Assembly (NCBI GenBank): GCA_963712745.1
Contig: CAVQJC010000005.1
Coordinates: 1 to 64,000, forward strand
DNA length: 64,000 bases
Origin: an uncultured Chloroflexia bacterium
Lineage (GTDB): Bacteria; Chloroflexota; Limnocylindria; Limnocylindrales; CSP1-4
Reading direction: 5' to 3'
Shown: positions 31,324-40,655 of the stretch, piece after piece
Position numbering within the stretch: position 1 is the first letter of the stretch
Layout of the letters: every line of letters begins with the position of its first letter
The notes under the pieces: generated by a model
What the model saw: the letters and a program-made list of their open reading frames with translations, nothing else
Databases searched by the model: none
Told to the model about the DNA's origin: nothing
Made by a program: the position numbers and the translations under genes

Positions 31324-34137
31324 GTGTCAGATAAGCCAGGCAACCAGCGTGCGCCGAAGTCGGAGCGGGCAAACCCCGCCGTGGAGGCGGAGCCGGCGGG
31401 CATCGGCTCGTCCAGCGCGCCCGACTCCCTCTCCCGCGAGGTCCGGCTGCTGGGCGCGCTGCTGGGTCAGGTCATCGCCGAACAGGCCGGCGAGGAGATC
31501 CTCGACTTGGTGGAGCGCATCCGCAAGCTCACCATCGACATCCGCAAGAACCCCAGCCCCACTCGACAGCTGGGCCTGAGAGCCATCCTCGAGGAGCTGC
31601 CGTCCGACCAGATCGAGCCGGTCATCAAGGCCTTCAGCCTCTACTTCCACCTCACCAACCTGGCCGAGGAAAAGCACCGCGTACGGCGCGTGCGCAAACT
31701 CGCCCGCACCGCGCCCGGCGGGCAGAAAGGCTCGATCGAGGCCGCTGTGCGCCAGCTGCTCAACGAAGACTCGCCCGAGCAGATCCGCTCGTTGCTGGAC
31801 AGCCTCTCCATCGGCCTTGTGCTTACGGCCCATCCCACCGAGGCCCGTCGACGCACGATGCTGGTGGCCCTCCGGCGCACGTTCGCGCTTCTCGACCGGC
31901 TCGACGATCCGCGCTTGACGCCGAACGAGGACTCCGAGATCCGGCGGCGGCTGCGCGAGGAGATCTCGTTGCTCTGGCGAACGAGTGCCTTGCGTACCGA
32001 GCGCCCCAGCCCCTTGGACGAGGTGAGGACCGCGCTGCTGTTCTTCGACGAGACGCTGTTCCAGGTCACCCCCTATCTCTACCGCACCGTGGACCGCGTG
32101 CTCGACCTGGCCCCGTGGACGGGTGAAGGCGCAGCCGAAGGCGTATCCGGTCCGGCGCGGGATACCGGTCACACCGGCACCCGGCCCCCGGCCGTGCCGG
32201 CCTACCTGCGCTGGGGCTCCTGGGTCGGTGCCGACCGGGACGGTCATCCGCGGGTAACCGCCGAGACCACGCGCGAAGCGGCGGCCACCGGCGCCGACCA
32301 CGTCCTGCGCGGGCTCGAGCGAGTGGCCACGCGGCTGATGCACACCATCACGCCGACACACCTCGGAGACGACGTTTCGCCGCGCCTTCAGGCGCGGCTC
32401 GATCTCGACCGCGATGAGCTGGGAAACGCTCATGACGAGATGGTGGAGCACTACCCGCACGAGCCCTACCGGCAGCGTTTCGGCGGCATCGCCGAGCGCC
32501 TGCGCCAGACGCGCCATCGGCTGGTCGGTGGCCGAGGCCACGGCGCGGGCTACGCCACGCCGGCCGAACTGCTCGAGGAGATCGACGAGCTCCAGGCCGC
32601 GCTCATCGATGACGGCATGCCCCGCGTCGCGTACGGCGAGCTGCAGGCCCTGCGCTGGCAGGTGGAGACGTTCGGCTTCCATGCCTTCTCACTGGAGGTC
32701 CGCCAGCACAGCGAGGTCCACGAGGCCACGCTGTCAGCGCTGCGAGATGGCGTGGTGCTGGGCGAGCGGCTGGTGGCCAACGGGGTGACCGCGGCCGAGG
32801 TGCTCGAAACGTACCGCGCCATCGCCGATATCCAGCGCCAGTTCGGGCCGGAGGCCTGCCACCGCTACGTCATCAGCTTCACGCGTGCGGCACAGGACGT
32901 CTACAACGTGCTCGAGCTGGCCGACTACGCTGGCCTGAGACGGGAGGCCCTCGATGTGGTGCCGCTGCTCGAGACCGCGGACGCCCTCGACGGGGCTGAC
33001 CGCCTGCTCGATGACATCCTTAGCGATGCTACGTACCGCGAGCATGTCCGGCGGCGAGGCGACCACCAGGAAGTCATGCTCGGCTACTCCGACTCGACCA
33101 AGGAATCCGGCGCCATGGCCGCTGCGTGGCTCCTGCACGGCGCGGAGACGAAGCTGGTGGAGGCGGCCGCCCGGCACGGCATCAGGCTGACCCTGTTCCA
33201 CGGGCGGGGCGGCGCCATCGGCCGCGGTGGTGGACCCATGAGCCGCGCCATCCTCGCCAGCGCTCCCCATTCGCTCGACGGCACGCTCAAGATCACCGAG
33301 CAGGGCGAGGTCGTGGCCGACCGATATTCGAACTTCGACATCGCCATGCGCCATCTCGCACAGCTGACAAACGCCGTGCTCATCGCCTCATCGCCGGCGC
33401 ACGAGCAGCAAGCGAAGGAGGCCCAACTGCGCGGCCGCACCATCCTCGAGGAGCTGGCCGAGCGTTCCGCGCACGTCTATCGGTCGCTCGTCTGGGAGGA
33501 CCCGGCATTCGAGGCCTTCTACGTGGCGGCCACACCGATCGCGGAGTTGTCACGGCTGGCCATGGGCTCGCGGCCGGCGGCGCGCGGTGGAGGCGCCGTC
33601 TCGCTGGAGACGCTGAGGGCGATCCCCTGGGTCTTCTCGTGGGCGCAGGCACGCCTGTTCCTGCCGGCCTGGTACGGCCTGGGCACGGCTATCGAGGACT
33701 TCGAGGCCGAGCACGGGGCCGGCGCCACCGAGTCGCTGCAGGATCTGTACCGCGAATCGTCGTTCCTGATGGGAGTCATCGACGTCATGGAGATGGCCTT
33801 GGCCAAGGTGGACCTGTCGGTGGCGCGCCGTTACGCCGACCTCGCACCGCAGCCAGAGGCCGAACGCATCTGGGAACTCATCCGCTCCGAGTTCGAGCGC
33901 ACCGTGGCCGCGGTCCTGCGTATCAGCGGCCGTAGGGGGCTGCTCGACGCGGCCCCGTCCCTGCAGCGCTCGATCTCGCTGCGCAACCCGTACGTGGACT
34001 CGCTTTCCGAGCTCCAGGTGATGCTGCTGGCACGACTGCGCGCGATGGACGAGGACGATCCCGGACGTGGAGAACTACGCCGGCTCGTGCAGCTCACCGT
34101 CAGCGGCGTGGCCGCGGGCCTCCAGAACACGGGATAG
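31324..34137 (+). CDS. ppc: Phosphoenolpyruvate carboxylase
   Basis: VLTAHPTE, QEVMLGYSDS, FHGRGG..GRGG, LRAIPWVFSW, LRNPY, GLQNTG. Confidence 0.98.
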   Translation: MSDKPGNQRAPKSERANPAVEAEPAGIGSSSAPDSLSREVRLLGALLGQVIAEQAGEEILDLVERIRKLTIDIRKNPSPTRQLGLRAILEELPSDQIEPVIKAFSLYFHLTNLAEEKHRVRRVRKLARTAPGGQKGSIEAAVRQLLNEDSPEQIRSLLDSLSIGLVLTAHPTEARRRTMLVALRRTFALLDRLDDPRLTPNEDSEIRRRLREEISLLWRTSALRTERPSPLDEVRTALLFFDETLFQVTPYLYRTVDRVLDLAPWTGEGAAEGVSGPARDTGHTGTRPPAVPAYLRWGSWVGADRDGHPRVTAETTREAAATGADHVLRGLERVATRLMHTITPTHLGDDVSPRLQARLDLDRDELGNAHDEMVEHYPHEPYRQRFGGIAERLRQTRHRLVGGRGHGAGYATPAELLEEIDELQAALIDDGMPRVAYGELQALRWQVETFGFHAFSLEVRQHSEVHEATLSALRDGVVLGERLVANGVTAAEVLETYRAIADIQRQFGPEACHRYVISFTRAAQDVYNVLELADYAGLRREALDVVPLLETADALDGADRLLDDILSDATYREHVRRRGDHQEVMLGYSDSTKESGAMAAAWLLHGAETKLVEAAARHGIRLTLFHGRGGAIGRGGGPMSRAILASAPHSLDGTLKITEQGEVVADRYSNFDIAMRHLAQLTNAVLIASSPAHEQQAKEAQLRGRTILEELAERSAHVYRSLVWEDPAFEAFYVAATPIAELSRLAMGSRPAARGGGAVSLETLRAIPWVFSWAQARLFLPAWYGLGTAIEDFEAEHGAGATESLQDLYRESSFLMGVIDVMEMALAKVDLSVARRYADLAPQPEAERIWELIRSEFERTVAAVLRISGRRGLLDAAPSLQRSISLRNPYVDSLSELQVMLLARLRAMDEDDPGRGELRRLVQLTVSGVAAGLQNTG

Positions 34138-34189
34138 GCTTGGCAGCGCCGGCCTGGCCGCTGCTGGCCGTGGCGGTTCCCGGGCCATA

Positions 34190-34520
34190 GACCACCTCGC
34201 GTGGCGCCGTTCCCGCTCAGGCCGCGGCGCGGTTCCCGCTCATGGCCACCTCGCGTGGCGCCGTTCCCGCTCGCCGCGCGTCGGCCGGCCTCGCGCGGCG
34301 CCGTTCCCGCTCAGGCCGCGGCGAGGTTCCCGCTCAACGGCACAACTCGACCGCTTCCCGACTCTGCCGACGCGCTGTGCCCGTTCAGCGGGAGAATCGG
34401 CGAGCTCGGGCTACGAGATGCGCAATTCTTCCCGCTGAACGAGAAAGACGGCGCAGCTCACGAGCAGACATCACCCAACTCCTGCCCCACTCGTCACGTT
34501 GTCCCGCTCAGCGAGAAGCG
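34190..34520. repeat. Cluster of GTTCCCGCTCA / CCCGYTSARCGRGA palindromic REP-like units
   Basis: Repeated GTTCCCGCTC half sites at 34208-34335 and palindromic copies at 34329, 34380, 34431 and 34503. Confidence 0.75.
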
Positions 34521-34554
34521 CCGATATAGCGCCCGGAGCCACGGTCCCACAAAC

Positions 34555-34737
34555 GGGCGGCACACTGCGGCCCCACGGGCGGCACACTGCGGCCCCACGG
34601 GCGGCACACTGCGGCCCCACGGGCGGCACACTGCGGCCCCACGGGCGGCACACTGCGGCCCCAGGGCGCACCGCGGCCACGCAGCACGCGGCGGCCCACG
34701 GGCGGCACACTGCGGCCCACGCAGCACGCGGCCCCAC
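34555..34737. repeat. 22-bp tandem repeat (GGGCGGCACACTGCGGCCCCAC), about 5 copies plus degenerate tail
   Basis: Copies at 34555, 34577, 34599, 34621 and 34643; no spacers. Confidence 0.95.
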
Positions 34738-34788
34738 GGATGGCCCATGCCCGATGTGCCGTTCAGCCCTCGCGGCGCTCTCCACGCT

Positions 34789-34825
34789 TGCTATAGTGCG
34801 ACATTAAGAAAGCAAACGTAAGCAC
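34789..34825 (+). promoter_or_regulatory. Extended -10 promoter (TGcTATAGT) with an AT-rich putative operator for the PHP-rhaB operon
   Basis: TG-C-TATAGT at 34789-34797 followed by AAGAAAGCAAACGTAAGCA. Confidence 0.55.
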
Positions 34826-34892
34826 TCGCAATCATCGGCGCGTACACCGTGCGTCCAGATCTGCGCACCGCGTCCAGGAGGAGAGCACCCCC

Positions 34893-36098
34893 ATGGCGGC
34901 ACCAGGCCCGCGACTGGCCTTCAATACCCACTTGCACGTCCCGCCGAACTTCTCGGCCTTCACTACCGTCGAGGATGCCGTCGAGACGTCGGCGAAGGAG
35001 GGCGTGAAGGTCGTGGGCACCTCCAACTTCCACGACTTCGGCGTCTATGACCGTTTCGATGCGGCGGCCCGGCAGCACGGCCTGCACGCCCTCTTCGGGC
35101 TCGAGTTCATCTCCGTGCTCGACGAGGAGATGCGCGCTGGCATCACGGTGAATGACCCTGCCAACCCCGGCCGCGCCTACATCTGCGGCAAGGGCATCCC
35201 CGCACCCACCGCTCCGGATGCCGCCTCAAAGGCCTTCATCGACGCCGCCAAAGTCTCGAACGAGGCCCGTACCACGCAGATGGTCGACCTCGTCCGGGGC
35301 CTCTTCGTGGAAGCGGGCCTGGACATCGATGTCACCTACGCCTCCATCGTCGAGGGGGTGTCCCGGCGAGCCGAGGTCCCGGCCGAGTGGATCGTCCTCC
35401 AGGAGCGCCACGTCGCGCTTGGCTTCCAGGAGGCGCTCTTCGAGGCGCTGCCGGCGGACCAGCGATCGGCCTTCCTCGAGAAGGTCTACGACCAGACCCC
35501 CAGGGCCGCGGTCGACGACACGGTCGCGACCCAGGGTGAGCTACGCGCACGCCTGATGAAGGCCGGCTGCCCCGCGTTCGTCGATGAGACCGCCGTACCG
35601 TTCGAGGACGCGGTCGACTTCATCCGCGGCCTCGGCGCGATCGTGGTCTATCCCACCGTGGCCGACGGGGCCGACCCCGTCTGCGGCTACGAGGATCCCG
35701 TGGAGGACCTCATCGAGCGCCTCGGCAGCCACGACATCTACGGCGCCGAGCTGGTCACGGTGCGCAACACACCCGAGTGCGTGGATCGCTACGTGAAGGC
35801 CTGGCGTGACGCCGGCATCTTCGTGACCGCGGGCACCGAGCACAACACGCTCGAGCGCATCCCGGTCGAGCCGACCTGCCTGCGCGGTGTGCCCATCTCC
35901 GAGGAGTCGAAGGGCATCATGTGGGAGGGCGTCTGCGTGGTAGCCGCCCACCAACACCGCAAGCAGCAGGGCCAGCCCGGATATGTCGACCGCTGGGGCA
36001 AGCTCGACCCGGGCTTCCCCGACGCCGAGAGCCGCATCCGCTACTTCGCGGAGATGGGCGCGGAGCTCATCCATGAAGCCACGGGGACCGCCCGATGA
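34893..36098 (+). CDS. PHP-domain metalloprotein
   Basis: NTHLH, NFHD, GLEF, ERHVA, GTEHN. Confidence 0.8.
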   Translation: MAAPGPRLAFNTHLHVPPNFSAFTTVEDAVETSAKEGVKVVGTSNFHDFGVYDRFDAAARQHGLHALFGLEFISVLDEEMRAGITVNDPANPGRAYICGKGIPAPTAPDAASKAFIDAAKVSNEARTTQMVDLVRGLFVEAGLDIDVTYASIVEGVSRRAEVPAEWIVLQERHVALGFQEALFEALPADQRSAFLEKVYDQTPRAAVDDTVATQGELRARLMKAGCPAFVDETAVPFEDAVDFIRGLGAIVVYPTVADGADPVCGYEDPVEDLIERLGSHDIYGAELVTVRNTPECVDRYVKAWRDAGIFVTAGTEHNTLERIPVEPTCLRGVPISEESKGIMWEGVCVVAAHQHRKQQGQPGYVDRWGKLDPGFPDAESRIRYFAEMGAELIHEATGTAR

Positions 36099-38173
36099 CC
36101 GACCTTGCCGGCCTCCGGCTCCTGGCGCTCGACGACCAGCTCATCCGCGATGCCATCGAGATGTCGCAGCGCTTCGGCCGAGATCCCGAATACACGCGAG
36201 GCGGTGGCGGCAACTCGTCGGTCAAGCACGGCGGGGTCGTCTACATCAAGCCCAGCGGAGTCTCCCTCGCAGCCATCGAGGCGGACGACCTGGTGCCGCT
36301 GGCCACCGCTCCCCTCCTCGACCTGCTGCTCCACGGTGGCTCGGAAGAGGACGAAGCACGCATCCCCGGCGCACCCGATCCGGTCATGCGTGCGGCGGCC
36401 AGGGTGCGCATGGCCGAGGCCAAGGGCCGGCGCCCGTCGGTGGAGCTGATGTTCCACTCGTTGCTGCCGGAACGTTACGTGCTCCACACGCACGCCATCG
36501 TGCCTAACGCGGTGACCTGCAATCGCGACGGCCAGGCGCTCATGGGTGACCTCTTCGGTAACGACGCCCTGTGGGTGCCGTACACCGATCCGGGACTGCC
36601 GCTGGCGCGCAAGATCAACGAGCTGCGCGAGGCACACCAGGCCCGCACCAGCCAGCCTGCGCCGCGCATCACCTTCATGGGCGACCACGGCATCATCGTC
36701 TCGGCCGACACCATCGCCGAGATCGCCGAGCTCAACGAGCATGTCATGGGCACCGTCCGAGGCGCGCTGGAGAAGTCCGGCATCGCGGTGGGCAGCTCCG
36801 GGCGTGCCGTGGCCCGCATCGCCGCCGACGAGGCTCATGCCTCTGAGTTGGTCAAGGCCATCGCGCCCACCCTGCGCGCACTGCTCTCGGCCGAGGGCAG
36901 TCCCCTGAAGCTGGTCACCTACGACCCGGCCCTGACCGCCGCCGACTACCTCGAGTCCGAAGATGGCACCAACGCGGTCAGGGGCGGGCCCATGACACCC
37001 GACCAGATCGTCTACTCGGGCTCCTTTCCGCTGCTTTTCGACCCCCCGACCGACACCCCGCTCGAGGACGTGCCGGCGCTGCTTCGGGCGGCGCTCGAAG
37101 CCAACATCGAGGAACACGGAGCGGCCCCCATCATCACCGTCGTGCCCGGGCTGGGCATCTTCGCCGCCGGTGACACGTGGAAGGAGGTCGACACCGCTCG
37201 CGATGTCTACCTCGACTGCCTGCGTGTCTACCAGAGCGCCGACGCGATCGGCCGCGTGCGCGCGCTGACCGACGAGGAGCGCGGCTTCATCGAGCACTGG
37301 GAGGTCGAGGCATACCGCAAGAACGCGGCCGCATTCGGCAGATCGCCGGGGCGCTTCGCTGGCAGGGTCGCGCTCATCACCGGCGCTGCCCAGGGTTTCG
37401 GGCTGGGCATCGCCCAGGGCCTCGCGCGTGAGGGCGGCACGGTCATCCTGGCCGACCTCCAGGCCGGGCAGGCCGCGGCAGAAGCAGCCGCCATCGAGGC
37501 CGAGCACGGCGCTGGCCGGGCCTGGTCCGTGGCCATCGACGTGACCGACGAGGAGTCGGTCAGGGCAGCGGTCGGGGCGACGGTCGCCCGCTTCGGCGGC
37601 ATCGACCTGTTCGTCAGCAACGCCGGCGTCCTGCGCGCAGGGAGCGTGACCGAGCAACCCGTAGCGGACTTCGACTTCGTGACCCAGGTCAACTATCGCG
37701 GCTACTTCCTGGGCGTGCGGGCCGTGGCCCCCATCCTCGCCGCCCAGCACGCGGCTCGCCCCGACTATCTCGCCGACATCGTGGAGGTCAACTCCAAGTC
37801 GGGCCTCGTCGGCTCCAAGCGGAACTTCGCCTATGCCGGCTCCAAGTTCGGCGGCATCGGCCTGACCCAGTCCTTCGCCCTCGAGCTGGTGGAAGACGGC
37901 ATCAAGGTCAACGCCGTCTGCCCCGGCAACTACTACGAGGGCCCACTCTGGTCCGATCCCGAGACGGGGCTGTTCCAGCAGTACCTGCGCGAAGGCAAGA
38001 TCCCCGGCGCCACCACCGTCGAGGAGGTCCGCGCCGCCTACGAGGCCAAGGTCCCCATGGGCCGCGGCTGCAACCCCGATGACGTGGTCGAGGCCATCCT
38101 CTACCTCGTGTCCCAGCAATACGAGACCGGCCAGGCGTTGCCGGTCACCGGAGGCCAGGTGATGCTCTCATGA
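36095..38173 (+). CDS. Bifunctional class II aldolase domain plus SrlD-like (sorbitol-6-phosphate dehydrogenase) SDR
   Basis: GGGNSSVK, PSVELMFH..HTH and DHG in the N-terminus; GAAQGFG, NSKSGLVGSK.NFAYAGSKFGGIGLTQS in the C-terminus. Confidence 0.9.
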   Translation: MTDLAGLRLLALDDQLIRDAIEMSQRFGRDPEYTRGGGGNSSVKHGGVVYIKPSGVSLAAIEADDLVPLATAPLLDLLLHGGSEEDEARIPGAPDPVMRAAARVRMAEAKGRRPSVELMFHSLLPERYVLHTHAIVPNAVTCNRDGQALMGDLFGNDALWVPYTDPGLPLARKINELREAHQARTSQPAPRITFMGDHGIIVSADTIAEIAELNEHVMGTVRGALEKSGIAVGSSGRAVARIAADEAHASELVKAIAPTLRALLSAEGSPLKLVTYDPALTAADYLESEDGTNAVRGGPMTPDQIVYSGSFPLLFDPPTDTPLEDVPALLRAALEANIEEHGAAPIITVVPGLGIFAAGDTWKEVDTARDVYLDCLRVYQSADAIGRVRALTDEERGFIEHWEVEAYRKNAAAFGRSPGRFAGRVALITGAAQGFGLGIAQGLAREGGTVILADLQAGQAAAEAAAIEAEHGAGRAWSVAIDVTDEESVRAAVGATVARFGGIDLFVSNAGVLRAGSVTEQPVADFDFVTQVNYRGYFLGVRAVAPILAAQHAARPDYLADIVEVNSKSGLVGSKRNFAYAGSKFGGIGLTQSFALELVEDGIKVNAVCPGNYYEGPLWSDPETGLFQQYLREGKIPGATTVEEVRAAYEAKVPMGRGCNPDDVVEAILYLVSQQYETGQALPVTGGQVMLS

Positions 38174-39855
38174 CCACCATCCCAGAGACCCAGTACGCGG
38201 CCCAGCTCGTGGCCGCCGACACCATCGAGCTCAACACGGCCAAGCCGGTGCCGGAGCTGGGCCCTACCCAGATCCTCTGCCGCATCGAAGCCACGGGCAT
38301 CTGTTTCAGCGACACCAAGCTGATGCACGCGTTCACATCGCACCCGCGCAAGAGCGAGGTGTTGACGTTCCTTACGCCCGCGGAGCTGGCGACCATCCCC
38401 AGCTACGTGCCCGGCGAGGCTCCGACCGTGCCCGGCCACGAGGCCTGCGCCCGGGTCGTGGCCGTCGGCTCCGAGGTCACGCGCCACGAGGTCGGCGATC
38501 GCGCGCTGGTGCAGACCGATTACCGCCACATGCTCACCGCGGCCTCCAACGCCTCCTTCGGCTACAACTTCGAGGGCGCGCTCCAGCAGTACGTGGTCAT
38601 GGACGAACGCGTGATCGTCGATCCCGATACACAGGAGCGCTTCCTCATCCCCGTCAGCGAGGAGCCCAGTGCCTCGGCCGTGGGACTGCTGGAGCCGTGG
38701 GCCTGTGTCGAGCGGGCCTACGCCACCGAGGAGCGGGGCACGCTCAAGGCCGATGGCAAGCTGCTGGTCGTGGCAGAGGCCGGCCGCACTATCGCGGGCC
38801 TCAGCGAGCTCATCGATGTGGCAGCCCCGGGCTCGGTCAGCGCGGTGGTCGCGGACGGCTCGCAGCAGGCAGCGCTCGAAGCCACCGGCACGACCTTCGT
38901 GGGCTCCATCGACGAGCTCAAGGCCGGCACCTTCGATGACATCATCTACTTCGGCTCCGATCCCGACCGCGTGGAGGCCTTGCAGGCCCTGCTGGCGCTC
39001 AAGGGCGTCATCGACGTCGTGCTCGGTGGTGGGTCGCTGGGCCGGCCCGTCAACGTCGACGTCGGTCGCGTCCACTACGACCTCATCCGCTGGGTCGGCA
39101 CCAACGGGTCATCCGCCGCCGAGGGCTATGCCTGGGTACCCGCCAGCGGCGAGCTCCGCACCGGAGAGCAGGTCGTCGTCATCGGCGCCGCGGGTCCCAT
39201 GGGCTTCATGCACGTACTGCGAGCCTTGACCGCAGGAGTCGCCGGCGTGTCCGTGACCGCCGTCGACATCGACCAGGCGCGACTCGCCCACCTGGCCAAG
39301 ATCGCGGCACCCGTGGCCGAGGCCAAGGGTCTGGCCTTCGAAGCCCTGGACAGCAACGAGACGCAGCCGGCCGGTGGCTTCACGCGCATCGGCTGCATGG
39401 TTCCGGTCCCCGCGCTGGCAGCAGGCACGGTCGAGCTCGCGGCCGCGGGCGCCATCATCGACTTCTTCGCCGGCTTCGCCATCGGCACCACCGCACCGCT
39501 CGACCTCGACCAGATGATCACCAAGCACGTCTACATCCTGGGCACCAGCGGCTCGATGATCAGCGACATGAAGGCCGTGCTGGGCCGGCTCGAGGCGGGC
39601 ACGCTCGACACCAACATCAGCGTCTACGCCATCAGTGGCATGCAGGGCGTAGCCGATGCCCTCGAGGCCGTGAAGGCCCGCACGTCCGGCGGCAAGATCG
39701 TCATCTACCCGCAGCTGACGGAGCTGGGCTTGATCACCCTGGCCGAGCTGGAGGCACGGTTGCCGGAGGTGGCGGCGGCCCTCGACGATGGCCGCTGGAC
39801 CAAGGCAGCCGAGGAAGCACTGCTGAAAGCTGCCGGCGGAGGCGCGGTGGCATGA
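38170..39855 (+). CDS. Zn-dependent alcohol dehydrogenase, L-sorbose-1-phosphate reductase (SorE)-like, elongated
   Basis: GICFSDTK, GHE, FGYNFEGALQQY, LLEPWACV, GAAGPMG, GTSGS, GKIVIYP. Confidence 0.85.
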   Translation: MTTIPETQYAAQLVAADTIELNTAKPVPELGPTQILCRIEATGICFSDTKLMHAFTSHPRKSEVLTFLTPAELATIPSYVPGEAPTVPGHEACARVVAVGSEVTRHEVGDRALVQTDYRHMLTAASNASFGYNFEGALQQYVVMDERVIVDPDTQERFLIPVSEEPSASAVGLLEPWACVERAYATEERGTLKADGKLLVVAEAGRTIAGLSELIDVAAPGSVSAVVADGSQQAALEATGTTFVGSIDELKAGTFDDIIYFGSDPDRVEALQALLALKGVIDVVLGGGSLGRPVNVDVGRVHYDLIRWVGTNGSSAAEGYAWVPASGELRTGEQVVVIGAAGPMGFMHVLRALTAGVAGVSVTAVDIDQARLAHLAKIAAPVAEAKGLAFEALDSNETQPAGGFTRIGCMVPVPALAAGTVELAAAGAIIDFFAGFAIGTTAPLDLDQMITKHVYILGTSGSMISDMKAVLGRLEAGTLDTNISVYAISGMQGVADALEAVKARTSGGKIVIYPQLTELGLITLAELEARLPEVAAALDDGRWTKAAEEALLKAAGGGAVA

Positions 39856-40655
39856 CCGCCTCGCCCGCCTCGGTCGCGAGCGGCGCCTTCGCCAGCGAGC
39901 GGCAGATGGAGATCGGCCGCATCGTGGAGGAGCAGGGACGCGCGCGGGTGACGGAACTCGCCGAACGGCTGGGCGTGTCGGCGGTGACCATCCGCAAGGA
40001 CCTCGACACGCTGGCCGAGGCCGACCGCCTCATACGCACGCACGGTGGCGCCATCGCCCCCCGTATGCGGCGCGGTGACATCGCCTTCGACGTACGCGAC
40101 CGGCTGCAGCGGGAGGAGAAAGCCGCCATCGGCGTGCTCGCGGCAGCCCACGTCAGCCATGGCGAGTCGATCATCCTCGACGCCAGCACCACCGCCCTGT
40201 ACCTGGCGCAGGAGCTGCTCAAGCGCGAGACCTGGCATGGCCTCACGGTGGTGACCAACAGCATCCACGCCGCCACCGCCCTGGCCCCCCGCTCGGACAT
40301 CACGGTGCTGCTGATGGGCGGCCGCGTGCGCAGTTCGCTCTCGGTCGTGGGCGAGCTCGGCGACGCGGTGTTCGAGCGGATCAACGTCCAGAAGGCGTTC
40401 CTGGGATCGGCCGGGTTCTCTCTCGAGGAGGGCCTCACCGAGGCCCGGGAGGAAGAGGCGCAGATCAAGCGCGCGATGGTGGCCGCAGCCCACGAGATTT
40501 GCGCCATCATCGACCACAGCAAGTGGGGGCGAGTCGCCTCGGCCACGTTCTGCGGCGTCGAGGGCCTGACCCGGGTCTTCACCGACGCCGCGGCTCCGGC
40601 CGGCATGGTGGCCTCGCTCCAGGGCATGGGGATCGAGGTGACGCAGCATGGCTGA
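39852..40655 (+). CDS. DeoR/GlpR transcriptional regulator
   Basis: VSAVTIRKDL, RTHGGA, LDASTT, DHSKWG. Confidence 0.95.
   Translation: MTASPASVASGAFASERQMEIGRIVEEQGRARVTELAERLGVSAVTIRKDLDTLAEADRLIRTHGGAIAPRMRRGDIAFDVRDRLQREEKAAIGVLAAAHVSHGESIILDASTTALYLAQELLKRETWHGLTVVTNSIHAATALAPRSDITVLLMGGRVRSSLSVVGELGDAVFERINVQKAFLGSAGFSLEEGLTEAREEEAQIKRAMVAAAHEICAIIDHSKWGRVASATFCGVEGLTRVFTDAAAPAGMVASLQGMGIEVTQHG

Noticed and set aside
34555-34737. Possible CRISPR array
   Set aside because: The repeats are contiguous with no unique spacers, and no cas genes are in the window.
36041-38119. Long antisense ORFs (also 9964-11364, 51294-53525, 43883-45241, 31327-32682)
   Set aside because: Expected shadows of GC3-rich genes on the opposite strand, with no recognisable motifs.
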